From: Haliotis cracherodii
Lineage: Eukaryota
Assembly (NCBI RefSeq): GCF_022045235.1
Contig: NW_027266319.1
Span: 69,688,001 to 69,752,000 of the forward strand
Direction of reading: 5' to 3'
Length of the DNA stretch: 64,000 bases
Shown here: positions 25,457-37,240 of the stretch, piece after piece
How positions within the stretch are numbered: position 1 is the first letter of the stretch
How the letters are laid out: the number at the start of each line of letters is the position of its first letter
Position numbers and translations under genes: made by a program
Notes under the pieces: model-generated
Seen by the model: only the letters and a program-made list of their open reading frames with translations
What the model was told of the DNA's origin: nothing
The model's database searches: none

Positions 25457-26364
25457 ATGCCAAGATTGACAAGAAATCAGCGACACCAAGCCCTTGGACG
25501 ATTGCAAGCTGGACAAACCGCCCGGCAAGTAGCCAATGCAAGTCCACCTAAGGACCATATGCAGGCTCCAGCAACGCTACCAGACCACCAACATTACAGA
25601 TGACCGATCATGTAGTGAAATACCAAGAGTCACTCCCCGACGTCAGGATCGTCAGGTTGTGCGACAGCATCTTCAAGATCGCTTTAATTTGTTATTGCTG
25701 CTGAAACTGCTCGACAGACCATGGGGACACACCAGTGACACATTAGTGCGGACACCGTGCGTTGACGATTGATGAGCAAACACCTCCGAGGACCAATTCT
25801 GACACCACGTCATCGCCTGGACCGTCTTCAGTGGGCAACACAGCACCAGCATTAGCGCCACCAGCAATGGAGAAGAATTCTCTTCTAAGAAGAGACCCAT
25901 TACAACGTCTCAGATGGCAGAGAGAGAGAGTCTGGCGACGCCGTGGGTAACGTTATTCGGATGCTTGTGTTGTTGAGAGAGAGACTCGTGTGGTGGTCCG
26001 AGCATCATGGTGTGGGGTGGAATTGGTCTTGCACAGAGGGTCGGCCCTGTGGTCTTCCAGAATATCGGTCCATGGAGAGGCAATGGTGTCCCACAGCTCG
26101 GTACATTGATTAACTCTTGAGACCACACGCCATACCTCATTTGGCACGTCGCCGCAACCACGAGTTTCAGCATGATAAGGCCCGTGCCCGTACTGAGAGA
26201 GAAACAAGAGACTTCTTCCAGCAGAATGACATCAGAACCATGCAGTGGCCTGCCCTCAGTCCCGATTTAAATCCCATTGAGCACCTGTGGGACGAGATTC
26301 AAAGACGACTGAATGACGTCCGACCAAGGCCGACAACTGCAGCTGAACTGCGTCAGGCGTTCCT
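25457..26364 (+). mobile_element. Tc1 (DD34E) transposase pseudogene, 3'-truncated at an LTR junction
   Basis: MPRLTRNQRHQALGRLQAG... (paired-type HTH), PRVT..QDR, MVWGGI, FQHDKAR-(34 aa)-WPALSPDLNPIEHLWD; multiple frameshifts. Confidence 0.93.
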
Positions 26365-26564
26365 CCACAGAAATTTCGGTTATATACTATCACCGTCTGC
26401 GTTATAGCGGACAGGGAGTCTACTCACCACACTAGCATCTAAATATGATAATTTTCTGACGACTGATCAGTGTCAAAACACAATGCAACGAGCGTCTACC
26501 GTAACTCAACAGAAACAATACAACACAGTCATTGTTAAACAATAAGATACACTGCAAAATAACA
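26365..26564 (-). repeat. Partial 3' LTR
   Basis: Starts TGTTA directly after the PPT; ~88% identical to 30777-30856 over the first 80 bp by hand alignment. Confidence 0.75.
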
Positions 26565-26997
26565 CTCTCCCCCTCGGAGAAAGAAAGTTTGAACATAATG
26601 GAAACTTTCTTTGCCAATAACAGTTTTAAAAACAGTTAAAGGACAGTTGATAATAATAAACCTCAGACATGATAATTTAGAGAATTTTGTTTTATAAAAA
26701 AATGAAATCATGTTTGTAGACAGAACTGATCACATTCAACCAACTGGAGACAATGCATCCGCAATAACGCTTTGTTTGCTTTTGATATGCTTGATGTCTA
26801 AACAGAATTCTTGCAAAGACAGGCTCCAGCGCATTTGGCGTTGATTCTTGTTCTTCATTTTATGAAGAAAAGTCAGTGGACACTTGAATAGGAAGTACAT
26901 TAGTACCCAAGTACACTTCAAATTGTTGCAAAGCTAACAATAGAGAAAAAGAGCAAGAGTGTCTTTTTCAAATTCAATATTTTCTCTGATGTTTGTC

Positions 26998-27276
26998 GGG
27001 GGCACAGGTGGCCCAGTCGTCTTAGGCGCCGCCATTCGCTGTGCAGAGTTGCGTCCCTTGGGCACGCCAGAAACCCATGATTGTGGGTTCGAATCCCGGT
27101 TCGCCCCAATTATGTTTCTAGGTTTGTCAGCACCATACCCGTGTTCATGGGTTTCACCGAGGTGGTAAACGTCTGAGACCTGCATCACTTCGGGCTTTCC
27201 TCCCACATTAAGCTGACACACCGTGATATAACTGGAATAATGTTAAAAGCGGCGTTAAACCCAACTCACTCACTCA
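26998..27276 (+). mobile_element. Full-length tRNA-derived SINE with a 14-bp TSD
   Basis: TSD CTCTGATGTTTGTC at 26984-26997 and 27277-27290; A box GTGGCCCAGTCG; B box GGTTCGAATCCC; tail ...AAAAGCGGCGTTAAACCCAACTCACTCACTCA. Confidence 0.92.
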
Positions 27277-28870
27277 CTCTGATGTTTGTCAAACTTTCGT
27301 GAATAATAACAAATAGTATAATCAAAGCCTACTGCATTCATTCATTCATTCATTCATTCATTCATTTACCCAGAAAGCTTGAAAAGTTACTTTTTGTTTT
27401 GTGGAACATGGAATTTTGAAATAGCCGCCACCTTTGCTTGTATGGGCTGTACCTGTGCCTGTGCTAATTCACATTTCACTATATTTACCGTCAACTTGCC
27501 TCTAGTGAGTCTTATGGTGCTCGTCCCACTCCATGGAATGATTGATGACAGCACCAACGTAGGCTTCCACACCCTCAAACGTGGCTGTAATGTCATTGAT
27601 GAGACACTGGAAGGTACCTGGAGCGTTCTTGAGCTCACATGGCATCGCTTTGTATTGGTACAGTCTACTGGAGTCACAAAGCTGATACCTGCTTGGCACG
27701 ATCCGTCAGTGGAATCTGCCAATACCCCTTCAGTTGGTCAAACTTGCTTACCTACTTGGCTTTACCGATTCTGTCATTGCAGTCATCGATTCTTGGTATT
27801 GGATTAGAGCGAGTTTTAGAGACCGCATTCACGCGGTTCATGTCAGTACCACATCTGTAACTACCATCAGGCTTCGGCACAAGAATGCAAGGTGAGCTAC
27901 AGGCACCATAACTTGGTTCAATAAAGTCATTGTCCAGCATGCATTGGATCTCCTTCTTAAGAACTTGATTGGATTCCCCGGTAGGGAGTTGTTTCACAGG
28001 CACAACGTCACCAACATCTACATCATGACACACTACATCTGTACGGCCAGGTACAACCCTAAACAAGCGAGCAAACTCTTGAAGTAACTCTGACACGTGA
28101 GCCTTTTGCTCGGAGGACATATGACTTAACTTAGCATCCAAGTTAGCTAAAGCTAGAGATTTGTTTAGTTTAGGGCTAACATAGTCAGCTATGCCATGAA
28201 ACTTGACAAAGCCGCAATTCTCATCAGCATCACAATCTGATACAATATCCACAGGTGAATCAGTGGCAACACATTGAGAAGGTACATTGTTATTTCTTTC
28301 TTGATAATTTCTAAACATATTGACATGATAAGGCTGGTACTTAGCACATAATGGTTGACCAGGAACAGGCAGAAACACTAAGACTTTATACCAGGACTGA
28401 AATGTCTCCCTGGAGACTTTGTGTCACATTGTACTTTCATTTTGTCCTGTGACTCCTTCAAGCGATCCCTAGAAACTTCACAGCCTAGCCCAAAATGATG
28501 AGACATAATCCAAGGAACTCATTTCAAACCTGTAATTTAGCCAATAATCCTTTGAGGGATTTAAAAGCCCACGAACATGACAAAGACAAGGTCAAAATGA
28601 CTAAAATCTAGGGGCTCGTGAACTGACTCCCTCGCAGGAAAGAACAACAAATGAATGCCTTCATCCCAACCCTTCTCAGTGTCAAAACAGTAAGTCCTTA
28701 TCATTCTTAAGAAACCAGGGAAATCTCTCTAAAGCTCTTTGAGATTCGGGATCATATGCACAAGCCTTAGTCTGATTTAGGCCTACGCTGGTGCTTAGAG
28801 TTCCTACAACCCCCATCTTGACCAACCCAGACACCAAATCTGTCTTCAAATTCACAAATTAAAACGAAAA

Positions 28871-28940
28871 AGTGAGTGAGTGAATGAGTTATAATTTAAC
28901 GTTGCATCAGCATTATTTCTACCATATAGCGACGAGTCTA
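28871..28940 (-). mobile_element. SINE/LINE 3' tail fragment ending in (ACTC)n
   Basis: The reverse complement GCTATATGGTAGAAATAATGCTGATGCAACGTTAAATTATAACTCATTCACTCACTCACT resembles the tails of the other SINEs in the window. Confidence 0.6.
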
Positions 28941-29168
28941 AGTTAGAAAAGGTGGTACACCCACATAAAGCCTCTAACAAAACCTGAGACTCCTCAGAAA
29001 ACAACCAACAAGTGTTATACAGTGGTAAACAAACTTGGTTTACATATCAATACACATTTCTGCACAGCAAATACACAGTAGAGTGGTCGTTCAATATGCC
29101 ATGGCAATACATAATGTTATGGCAGTGGAAAGTATCCAATATAAAATACATTCAGTGATTATATTATT

Positions 29169-30597
29169 TACTGAGTCAAATTAAAAACTTCACATTTTAA
29201 AAAGTAATCTCATATATGATATACAACGGACAAATTTATCAGAGAAGGTAATTTTTAATCATTAATGTCCAAAGAAGGATTTTAATTAACGGTGATAACC
29301 ATAATTTTTTCCAAGCACCTACGGTATTCGGTAATACCATCAACAGTTTAAATCATAAGTCCCAAGCAGGAGAATCTGATGGCACACAAGTTCAGTAGCG
29401 TGTATGGCCACCATGTGCGTTGACAACTGCCACACAACGCCTCCGCATGGACCTTGTGATGCTTGTGAACACATGATTGGGAAGACGATGCCATTGTTGC
29501 TGCAAAATGGTGCCAAGATCTTGCACATTCTGTGGTTGGGTCACGAGAGTGCGCAGACTTCTGCCATGAGCATCCCAGACGTGTTCGATGGGATTGAGGT
29601 CGGGAGACCTTGACGGCCAGTCCATGACGTTGACTCCCGCATTCTGAAGGAAATTCCTTGGCAAAATTACTGTGTGGGGTCTGGCATTGTCGTGTTGGAA
29701 GATCAAACTGGGTCCACGTGCTGCCATAACAGGCAGAAGTTCTGGTGCCAATACCCGGTCGCGGTAAGCAGAATCGTTGAGGTTGCCACGGATGACAAGA
29801 AGCCTGGAACGTGCATTGCCACAGAAAGCACCCCACACCATGACACTTCCGCCTCGAAATCTGTCAACATCCTGTACACAAGTCTGGGCGTAACGTTCAT
29901 GACGGTGCCTCCACATCCTCGCCCTAGCATCAGCAAATCAAAGATTAAATCGGGATTCATCACTGAAGACGACTTGATTCCAATTTCTCTGAGTCCATCG
30001 TAAGTGTCGCTGTGCCCACAATGGACGTTGACGTCTGTGTAATTGTGTCAGAAACGGCCCACAGTATCGCCGTCGTGCTTGAAGGTGACAATCTGACGAT
30101 CCTCTGCATGTGACGTCACACGTGGTCGACCTGGCCGAGGGCGATTAGCGGCGGTACCCGTTTGCTGTAGACGCGTCTGTAAATCATAAACAGTCCGTGG
30201 ACTACAACCCATCGTCCTTGCCACTTCAGCTACGGACGTTCCCGTCTGCAACATGCCAATGGCACGTTCACGTTGCACATTTGAAAGGCGTGTCATGACA
30301 AATGGCCGTAAAGACTTTTGTTTTCTTGTGTTTTTCTTTTTTTTTGTTAATGACTGCTAACAAGTATGGCCGAAAACATGTGCGGTATTATGGCCACGTG
30401 ACCAGTTGCACGTGAAAAAACACTTTTGCCACTATAGTGCTGTGCACATGATTTTAATCGATTCACCTGCACACAACGGGTGTTATCTGAAGACAATACG
30501 TGGCCATTACTGTTTAAATAGACAATAAGGGCCCACAATGATAACTGGTCAAAATGTTAAAATTTTAGGATTGTGAAGGTTTTAATTTCGTTCAGTA
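29169..30597 (-). mobile_element. Tc1 (DD34E) transposon with both TIRs; transposase 30296-29392 is internally deleted and has a stop
   Basis: TIRs TACTGAGTCAAATTAAAAACTTCACA and (reverse complement) TACTGAACGAAATTAAAACCTTCACA. Protein: MTRLSNVQRERAIGML...RPGRPRVT, VFSDESRF, GGSVMVWG, FQHDNARPH-(34 aa)-WPSRSPDLNPIEHVWD, GGHTRY*. Inserted within the LTR-like sequence. Confidence 0.95.
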
Positions 30598-32062
30598 TAG
30601 TTCAGAGAGTGTTCAAGCTTCTGAGATGTGCTAAGCAGCGAATCATGGATGATGAGCGATCCTCACATGAAGCTGGTTCCAAAGCAATGAAAAGGCGTGT
30701 GACACGAAATGTGTGAGGCATCCGTTTAACCAGTTACTGGAAAGTTTCATATAGTTCCCTCGCAGCATTGAACATTACAGAAATTTCGGTAACATACTAT
30801 CACCGTCCGCGTTATACTGGACAGGAAGTTGACACACCACACTAGCATCTAAATATCCTTTTCCAACCACAATGCACAACGTGTCTACTGAATCTCAACA
30901 GAAACACAATAACACAGTTACACGCTTTGTTAAACAATAAAATAAACTTTTACACAATAAACTATTGCTAGACATAAACATACACTCTTGTGGAGAGATT
31001 TTCTTGTCACTCTGAATATTTATGCATATATCTAAATATGAAACAGACGCGGCCGCATCACTGGGATACTATATTTCTAGGTCAGGTGTCATTGAACGAT
31101 ATTCGGCCGTCGGTATGCCTGGAGCTTAAGGTAAACTTCTTTGTCCTGACTCTGCCAGTCCAAAAAGAAGTTCGAAACGAAATTCACTGACAGAAATAGT
31201 ACCAGTAGGTAAAGTTGACAAACTCAGTTTGTGAATAACACTGTCCTTTCAGACACAAATTTGTTGACTAGACTTTACTAAATATTCGTTAGTATTTTTT
31301 TCACAAGGGGCCTTTCGTCACTAAGTGCAAAGGTCAAGTAGTAATCAGATATACTTCTATATTCAGGCATACAGAAACAACACGATGATGAACATGAAGA
31401 ATTTTAAGCCTCGGTGGACTTAAACCTGAATCCTATCGATTTTAGTCCGTGGCGATACCATCTGTGCTGAGGAGACTGTTGTCCCCAAGAGTGTCAGTTT
31501 TCCTAAACACCATTAACTTGGTTTATTTGTACCCATATTTTCACCCATATTTGACTTATAGCCTGATGATGCACTCTCTATTAAAGATGTTTAAATGTTC
31601 AACATGTTCAAAGGTGTTTAGATTACATGTTTGGATTATAGGGATGTTGCGTTTAGGTGGTGTTTAGGCCATGAGGCGATAGCTCATTTCAGGTGTTTAG
31701 GCCCGAAACGTATTGAGATGGAACACACTATTGAAACACATACCTAAACATGACCTGATGTGTGTTTACATTCTTTACACAGTTTTTACAGTGTGGTTTT
31801 AGTAGTGAATTATACTAATTTAATAAGCGATATTTACTAATCTTCAGCATCTTCATGTTATCTTCCAGACAGGAAAGTAAATTGGCTGTTCACTCACCTG
31901 GCCGCTATTACAACTTAAGTTAGTAGAATCCAATAGGTCATTTTCTGAGTGCAGAACTTAAGAGGGTTGAGGGATATTGTTGACATGGTTGAGGTGAAGG
32001 TCACCAGGCAATGGTTCCCCGCACCCAACTTTGATGTATTGGTTTCTTTATAACGCCGATTA

Positions 32063-32758
32063 TGGCTCCCGTTTTCGAGATCAGACAGCGCTACGACACG
32101 AAAAGTGAAAAAGTCGGATTACCCTCCTCAATGATCAGGAATGTCCTATCATTGTCTGAACGCAGTCGTACACGTTCGTAACAGAGTCCTTCGAATCGGG
32201 AAAGGTCCAGAGAGGTCGGCCAAGCACTCCTGACAGTATATGGTGCGTCCCATAACATTCGGGAAACTCGATTACAATCGTGACAATGTTGTGACAGATG
32301 TATCGGATAAAAATCGTAACAATGTCCTGTGTTGTCTGAACGATGTCCTGTGGATCGGGACGCTGTCGTGATGAAAGGGCATGAATTGTTCACTACCGTT
32401 TCTTATCGATTGAGTCCAGATTGAGTCCAGATCTTGCCGAATGCGAACCGTCTTTGTCGGTTCAGTGTCTGGTCACTGTCTGATCTGTGTCGGATCGCAT
32501 TCGGGAGAAACGGGATGCTGTCGAGGCAGATTCAGTCGTTTGGAAGAAACAAATGGGATCAGATTCGGACTGAGAACGGGAGAATCGGGACGAATTCGAC
32601 TGGAAACGGATGAATCGGGACGCTTCCTGAACAATATCTGATTGTTTGTGAACATCCCGACACAAATCACAGGATCCTGATCAGACTTTTGAGACACTTT
32701 AATCAGAAATGGTCTTATCAAAGACGGCAGTAAAAATTCTGAATGTGTGAGTGAGCCC
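32063..32758. mobile_element. Possible Harbinger-like MITE
   Basis: CpG-rich island with many ATCGG/TCGGGA/ACGA motifs; ends GTGTGAGTGAGCCC|TTA; left end TTA|TGGCTC is only a weak TIR match. Confidence 0.35.
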
Positions 32759-33589
32759 TTACCTGAATTTAGTGTGTGAGTAGATCCGAGAGGCACATCT
32801 AGACCGCTGATGTTTGTCCACAGTTGGTAGAAAGGGATGTTGCAAAGAGTGTCCATCGAGTTATCAGTACACGGGACAGTCTACAGATTTACCGTTTGCA
32901 AAATTAATCATGTAAACGTAACATACATTTCAAATCTATAAATGTATAATTTGTAAGTCTGATGTGGCTAATCATGCTTTCTGTTCTAATTTTAATCGAA
33001 GTTTAAGGTTGGTGGAACATACACTCTTACCAACATAGCAGCAACAATATTTGCTAAATCCTTCATTGTGGCTGGACTGAAGAATTGTTTGTCGATAGTC
33101 TTACAATGTCATTTACTTCAGGATTTGACGTTTACGGTGCACGTGAATTCAGTTTATCGGAGGAGCGTTTCAGGAAAACTGTTCAGTGACTGTTTTGATA
33201 TATTTGTTTTCGGAAAATATTTCTTTTATCAAACGCATTCAGCTTCGCGGAGAACAAGGAAATGCACGTGCTTTTCCTGTATGTTTGATATAAAAGCATG
33301 TTGATTAATATTTAAAGGAGTCTAGCGCCAACCAGAGTAGTGGCTAGATGTTAGAACACATGGTCAGACTGATGATGATCATAACAGCCGGAATGACGTC
33401 GTTGGCTACAGTTTAACCTTCAGTCATATTAGGACTGCTTTAGAAAGGAAAAGCTAATATATTCGAGTGGTGTTTGCCTTTAATTGCTATGTATGTAAAT
33501 ACTTACTGTGGGATAATAAAAGGTGATTAGAAAACTTTAATTTCATTTTTCACTTTGGTAGCATAAATTTACTTTTTTTTCAAATTGAA

Positions 33590-33810
33590 AGGTCTTGTTA
33601 TTTCAATTTATTTGTTTATTTTTTCGAAATCTCGAGTTTTTCCATGTTACCTCGATTATTTTTCTTTATTTCAAGTTTATTATTTTAGTTTGTTCTCGTT
33701 ACTTCGATTACTTTCTGGTTATTTAAAGTTTATTTAAAAAAATCGAAATTTCGATTATCTTCTCGTTATTTCGATCACTTTCTCGTTATTTAAAGTTCAT
33801 TTCGTTACCT
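33590..33810. repeat. AT-rich TCTCGTTATTTCGA-type repeats (transposon-derived; related to 37652-37993)
   Basis: Repeated CTCGTTATTT / TCGATTA motifs, the reverse complement of AAATAACGAGAAAATAATCGA in the 37.7-38.0 kb block. Confidence 0.7.
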
Positions 33811-34221
33811 CCTAGATGTACGACTCCCAGCTAATGAAAGAACCAAGGTTCAGACAACACACCCAAAGGATGCTAAGATATTAGCAGTAGTTATTCATCG
33901 CTATCTGAGGTGTAGCATCCAGTGGATTTTATTGTCAAAAAATAATTGCAACTGTGTTACAGTGTTTTCGTTAAGATTCGGTAGACGCTTTTGGATAGTG
34001 ATCAGTCGTCGGGAAGTTACTATATTTAGTTGCTTGTGTGCAAGCCCCTTCGTTACACGCTCGGTGACATCACTGCCACAAGTGTGGGCGCGGCCTTTAC
34101 AAGAATCTTGAAATTTGCCCTTTTTACATCTTCACAGTTTTGTTTGTTTGATCCGACTGGTTCGAGATTGCAGACCAACGGGAAAATCAACCAACTTCGC
34201 CCTTACATTCTTACTATACCA

Positions 34222-34377
34222 GGTCGGGTAGCCTAGTAGTTAAAGCGGTCGCTCGTCACGCGAAAGACCCAGGTTCGATTCCCGATACGGGTACAATGTG
34301 TGAAGCCCATTTCTAGTGTCCCCCGCCGTGATATTGCTGGAATATTGCTAAAAGCGCCGTAAAACCATACTCCCTCA
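34222..34377 (+). mobile_element. tRNA-Asp-like SINE with a 12-bp TSD
   Basis: TSD CTTACTATACCA at 34210-34221 and 34378-34389; head TAGCCTAGTAGTTAAAGCG..CGTCACGCGAAAGACCCAGGTTCGATTCCC. Confidence 0.92.
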
Positions 34378-34570
34378 CTTACTATACCAATTACATGATA
34401 GTTGTAATGAAACAGAAATTAAGACTGACAACAACAAAAATAAAAATAACTATTAATGATATAGCAGGGGTGAGAGTATTCGGCGTCACGTCAGTCATCA
34501 CTTGTTCGTATACATAACGACCAGGCGGTTGCGAGTTCAACTCCATGTATGGTTGTAGCCAACCAGAGAT

Positions 34571-34789
34571 GATCCGGGGTAGAATAGGTCTTCAGCAGCT
34601 CATGCTTGCTGTAAAAGGCGACTATGATTGTCGTAAGAGGCGACTAACGGGATCGGGTGCGGATCCCAATTGCGTGGATCGATGCTCATTACATCAACAC
34701 TGGATTGTCTGGTCCAGACTCGATTACTTACAGACCGCCGTCATATAGCTGGAATATTGCTGAGTGCGGCGTTAAACAACAAACCAACC
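34571..34789 (+). mobile_element. V-SINE/RUDI-like SINE with an internal deletion
   Basis: Matches the copies at 1-78 and 38410-38548; tail CATATAGCTGGAATATTGCTGAGTGCGGCGTTAAACAACAAACCAACC; imperfect flanking repeat ATGG(T/C)TGTAGCCA. Confidence 0.8.
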
Positions 34790-35137
34790 ATGGCTGTAGC
34801 CACCTATCACAGTGGGGAGCTTGTGGCAGCGATAGAACAGAAAGCTCCGCGAACGGGATATCGCTGTAAGGAGGATGGCTAGTGTGGTGTGGAAACTGCT
34901 GTCCGGTATACCGCGGACGGTGATAGTATGTTATAGAAACATGGAGAATGTTGTATGTCGTGAGGGCACTATGTTGTATCTTCCAGTAGCTGGTTAGACA
35001 AAGTATAGTGGGACAAAAGCGTGTTGACGTATCCCTCACGCATTTCATCACATCGGAACCAGATTTCTTGTGAGGATCATTCATCATGCCTGATTCCTTG
35101 CATAGCTCATCACGGAAGCTTGACCACTGTCGCCGCT

Positions 35138-35300
35138 GGGGCGGTCGGGTAGCCTAGTGGTTAAATCGTTCGCTCGTCACGCCGAAGACATGGGTTCGAT
35201 TCCCCTCAAGGCTACAATATGTGAAGCCCATTTCTGGTGTCCCCCGCCGTGATATTGCTGGAATATTGCTAAAAGCGGCGTAAAACCATACTCACTCACT
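35138..35300 (+). mobile_element. tRNA-Asp-like SINE, second copy, with TSD
   Basis: Flanked by CACT(G/T)TCGCCGCT(GGG) at 35125 and 35301; closely similar to 34222-34377; (ACTC)n tail. Confidence 0.92.
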
Positions 35301-35654
35301 CACTTTCGCCGCTGGGTGAATATACTATTATCACTGAGTTTTGCTATCACAAAAACGTATCTGATGCTGACCTCTGCCATCATGTTATATGTTACCATTG
35401 AATATTGTACTACCACTCTATTGTGTACTGCCATTGTATTTACTGTGCAGTCATTTGTGTTGATGTGTAAACTAGATCTTGTAATACATTTGTTCATTGT
35501 ATACCACTTGTTAGTTGTTTGTTGGTTTCACATTTAGTTCTTATATGTTCAGATTTCTGGGTTAACATTTTTTAATTTCAATTTGGAAATCGACAATAGC
35601 ATCACAAATCCTATTGACCTGTGAACGAAGTGTTTCTCTGTCAGTAATTGTAAT

Positions 35655-36095
35655 TGGAATAGGCCCGTTTACAGCCTCAGACGTATCCAGACCAACAAAC
35701 CTGATCTTGTCCTTTTTGATAAATCCAATGAAATATTTTATACCATTGAATGCTCTGTCCCTTTTGACACTAATGTGATTGACAAGATTGAGGAAAAACA
35801 TGGCAAATATGCGGACCTCGCTTTCGAAATGTCACGCTTGCATCCCAAGTACCATATTATCTGACTCCCCATTGTTCTTGGTGCCTTAGGTTTGGTACCT
35901 CCTAATCTGTTGACTGACATCGGGAGAGTACCTGGGTTTGCTTCCAGGAATACAACCCTTTTGACAATCTGGGTAATGCAGAAGGCTGCAGTGTTGGGGT
36001 GTCTTCACATTCTCCGAAAATATGGACTAGGCAGCGCTTCCTGGGAGAAGTCCCATTCGCTGTCTGGGCTGCGTGTAGAGGGGCAAGGGCCCTGA
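35655..36095 (+). pseudogene. R4/Dong-clade non-LTR retrotransposon, C-terminal restriction-like endonuclease fragment
   Basis: WNRPVYSLRRIQTNKPDLVLFDK...IECSVPFD...EEKHGKYADLAFE...*LPIVLGALGLV...MQKAAVLGCLHILRK has the PD..D/E..K..KY.L restriction-like endonuclease pattern; one in-frame stop. Confidence 0.85.
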
Positions 36096-36151
36096 ACTGA
36101 TGATGAGACTAAACAATGCCAGGATCACTCAAACCCTCTTTGCTGCATCTT

Positions 36152-36291
36152 NNNNNNNNNNNNNNNNNNNNNNNNNNNNNNNNNNNNNNNNNNNNNNNNN
36201 NNNNNNNNNNNNNNNNNNNNNNNNNNNNNNNNNNNNNNNNNNNNNNNNNNNNNNNNNNNNNNNNNNNNNNNNNNNNNNNNNNNNNNNNNNN
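36152..36291. other. Assembly gap (N run)
   Basis: 140 Ns. Confidence 1.
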
Positions 36292-36344
36292 TCATATAGC
36301 GTCAATTTCCAGATCTGGTGGTCAGAGAGAGAGAGTTCAGTGAG

Positions 36345-37235
36345 CGTTGGGGGCGGATTGGAACAAACAGGTTTTGAATAGTCCCTGAAAGTGGTTGATA
36401 TCTTTGGCACTTTTGATGTTGACGGGAATGCTGTTCCAAAGTTTTGCGCCGCCTTTGCAAAGCATCGGTCACCGAGTGACATAGTCCTGGTTTGGCGCAC
36501 AACACAAACATGAGCTGAGTGTTACAAGACCTGACGAGTCGTTCTGGTTGACATAGCTGCATCACTTCACTGATGAGGGTGGACCGACGTCATGAAGTGT
36601 TTTGTGTACTAAAACAAGTAGTTTTGTGACGGGGAGCCAGTGCAGTTTCTTAAGTAACGGTGTTATATCCCCTCCAGGACGGGGTACCACTCTGGCAGCT
36701 ACGTTTTAAACACGCTGAACCTTTGCGATTTGGGATTAAGGCAGCCCATATAGAAGAGCATCACAATAATCCAGCAGAGATATCACGAAAGCCTGAATGA
36801 GACGTGCAGCTTCGAGACTGTAGTATGTCAGTGTGCAGACGTTACTGTGACCATCGAGGCTGAAAGCCTGTGTGACCCCATTGAAGCCATGTCTGGAGGG
36901 TTCCAAGTGCGGTAAGGCAGAAGGTCAAGATCTGGATAGCCACACAGCAACAGTACCCTTTACTGTCAAACGCAAACTTAAAACAATCAATACTAACATG
37001 AGTAACATAATTTCTGTCTTCTTTTAAGGCATTGTAGCATTCATTATCAGTCCATAAACATTCTACATGTTGGCGCACTCCCCGTTCCGCAGTGGTAGGT
37101 CGGAGGAGAGTATCATCCATAAAACTCCCCACACGAGTCCCTGATGTCTCGTTTCACAATTCATCGGCAGCTGGAGTTTTGAAATGATCCAAATCAATGT
37201 CCCTAATTATATCAGAAATAAGGAACATGTCTAAG
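36345..37235 (-). pseudogene. L2-clade LINE ORF2 relic with a large internal deletion
   Basis: Minus strand: linker IRDIDLDHFK...W.DNEC..ALKE.R (37215-37010), then LIQAFVISLLDYCDALLYGLP...NVAARVV...ITPLLKKLHWLPV...RTMSLGDRCFAKAA (36825-36400), typical of the L2 RT C-terminus. Confidence 0.8.
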
Positions 37236-37240
37236 ATAAC

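Larger units (their letters stand above)
26365..30956 (-). mobile_element. Deleted Ty3/Gypsy LTR retrotransposon with Gmr1-like INT-RT-RH order and nested insertions
   Basis: On the minus strand: integrase core AYDPESQRALERF/TYCFDTEKGWDEGIHLL (~28770-28600); RT HDVDVGDVVPVKQ...SSPCILVPKPDGSYR...PIPRIDDC, SFVTP...YQYKAMP.ELKNAPGTFQ (~28050-27400); RNase H end PLTFLHKMKNKNQRQMRWSLSLQEF...IADALS (26921-26736); then polypurine tract GAGGGGGAGAG (26575-26565) and LTR start TGTTA (26564). A homologous LTR-like sequence lies at 29000-29168 plus 30598-30956. Confidence 0.85.
33911..35567 (+). mobile_element. Additional diverged copy (or two fragments) of the same LTR family, opposite orientation, broken by insertions
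   Basis: 33911-34040 matches the reverse complement of 26564-26425 (CGGTAGACGCT..TGATCAGTCGTC..ATATTTAG). 34878-35130 matches the reverse complement of 30845-30605 (CGCGGACGGTGATAGTATGTTA, TGTGAGGATC, GAAGCTTGA). 35320-35520 matches the reverse complement of 29165-29000. Begins TGT and ends TAACA. No TSD seen. Confidence 0.7.

Noticed and set aside
30725-30845. Apparent conserved peptide LTSYWK...TYYHRPRYTGQ shared with 34880-35000
   Set aside because: One pairwise comparison showed few codon-position-2 changes, but the comparison with the 26365 copy did not and the antisense frame scores equally well. The sequence lies within an LTR, so it is treated as non-coding.
33365-33410. Hammerhead ribozyme core (CTGATGA), also at ~31563 and ~36097
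   Set aside because: No correctly placed GAAA with a closing stem II or matching stems I and III could be built.
34222-35300. tRNA-Asp genes
   Set aside because: The tRNA-like heads lack a proper acceptor stem and continue into a SINE body and tail with TSDs.
36100-36500. ORFs spanning N runs (also 60336-60719)
   Set aside because: Artefacts of translating through assembly gaps.
36960-37235. Possible minor capsid (penton) gene upstream of the capsid-like ORF
   Set aside because: The minus-strand translation fits the L2 ORF2 linker better, and no penton-like reading was found on the plus strand.
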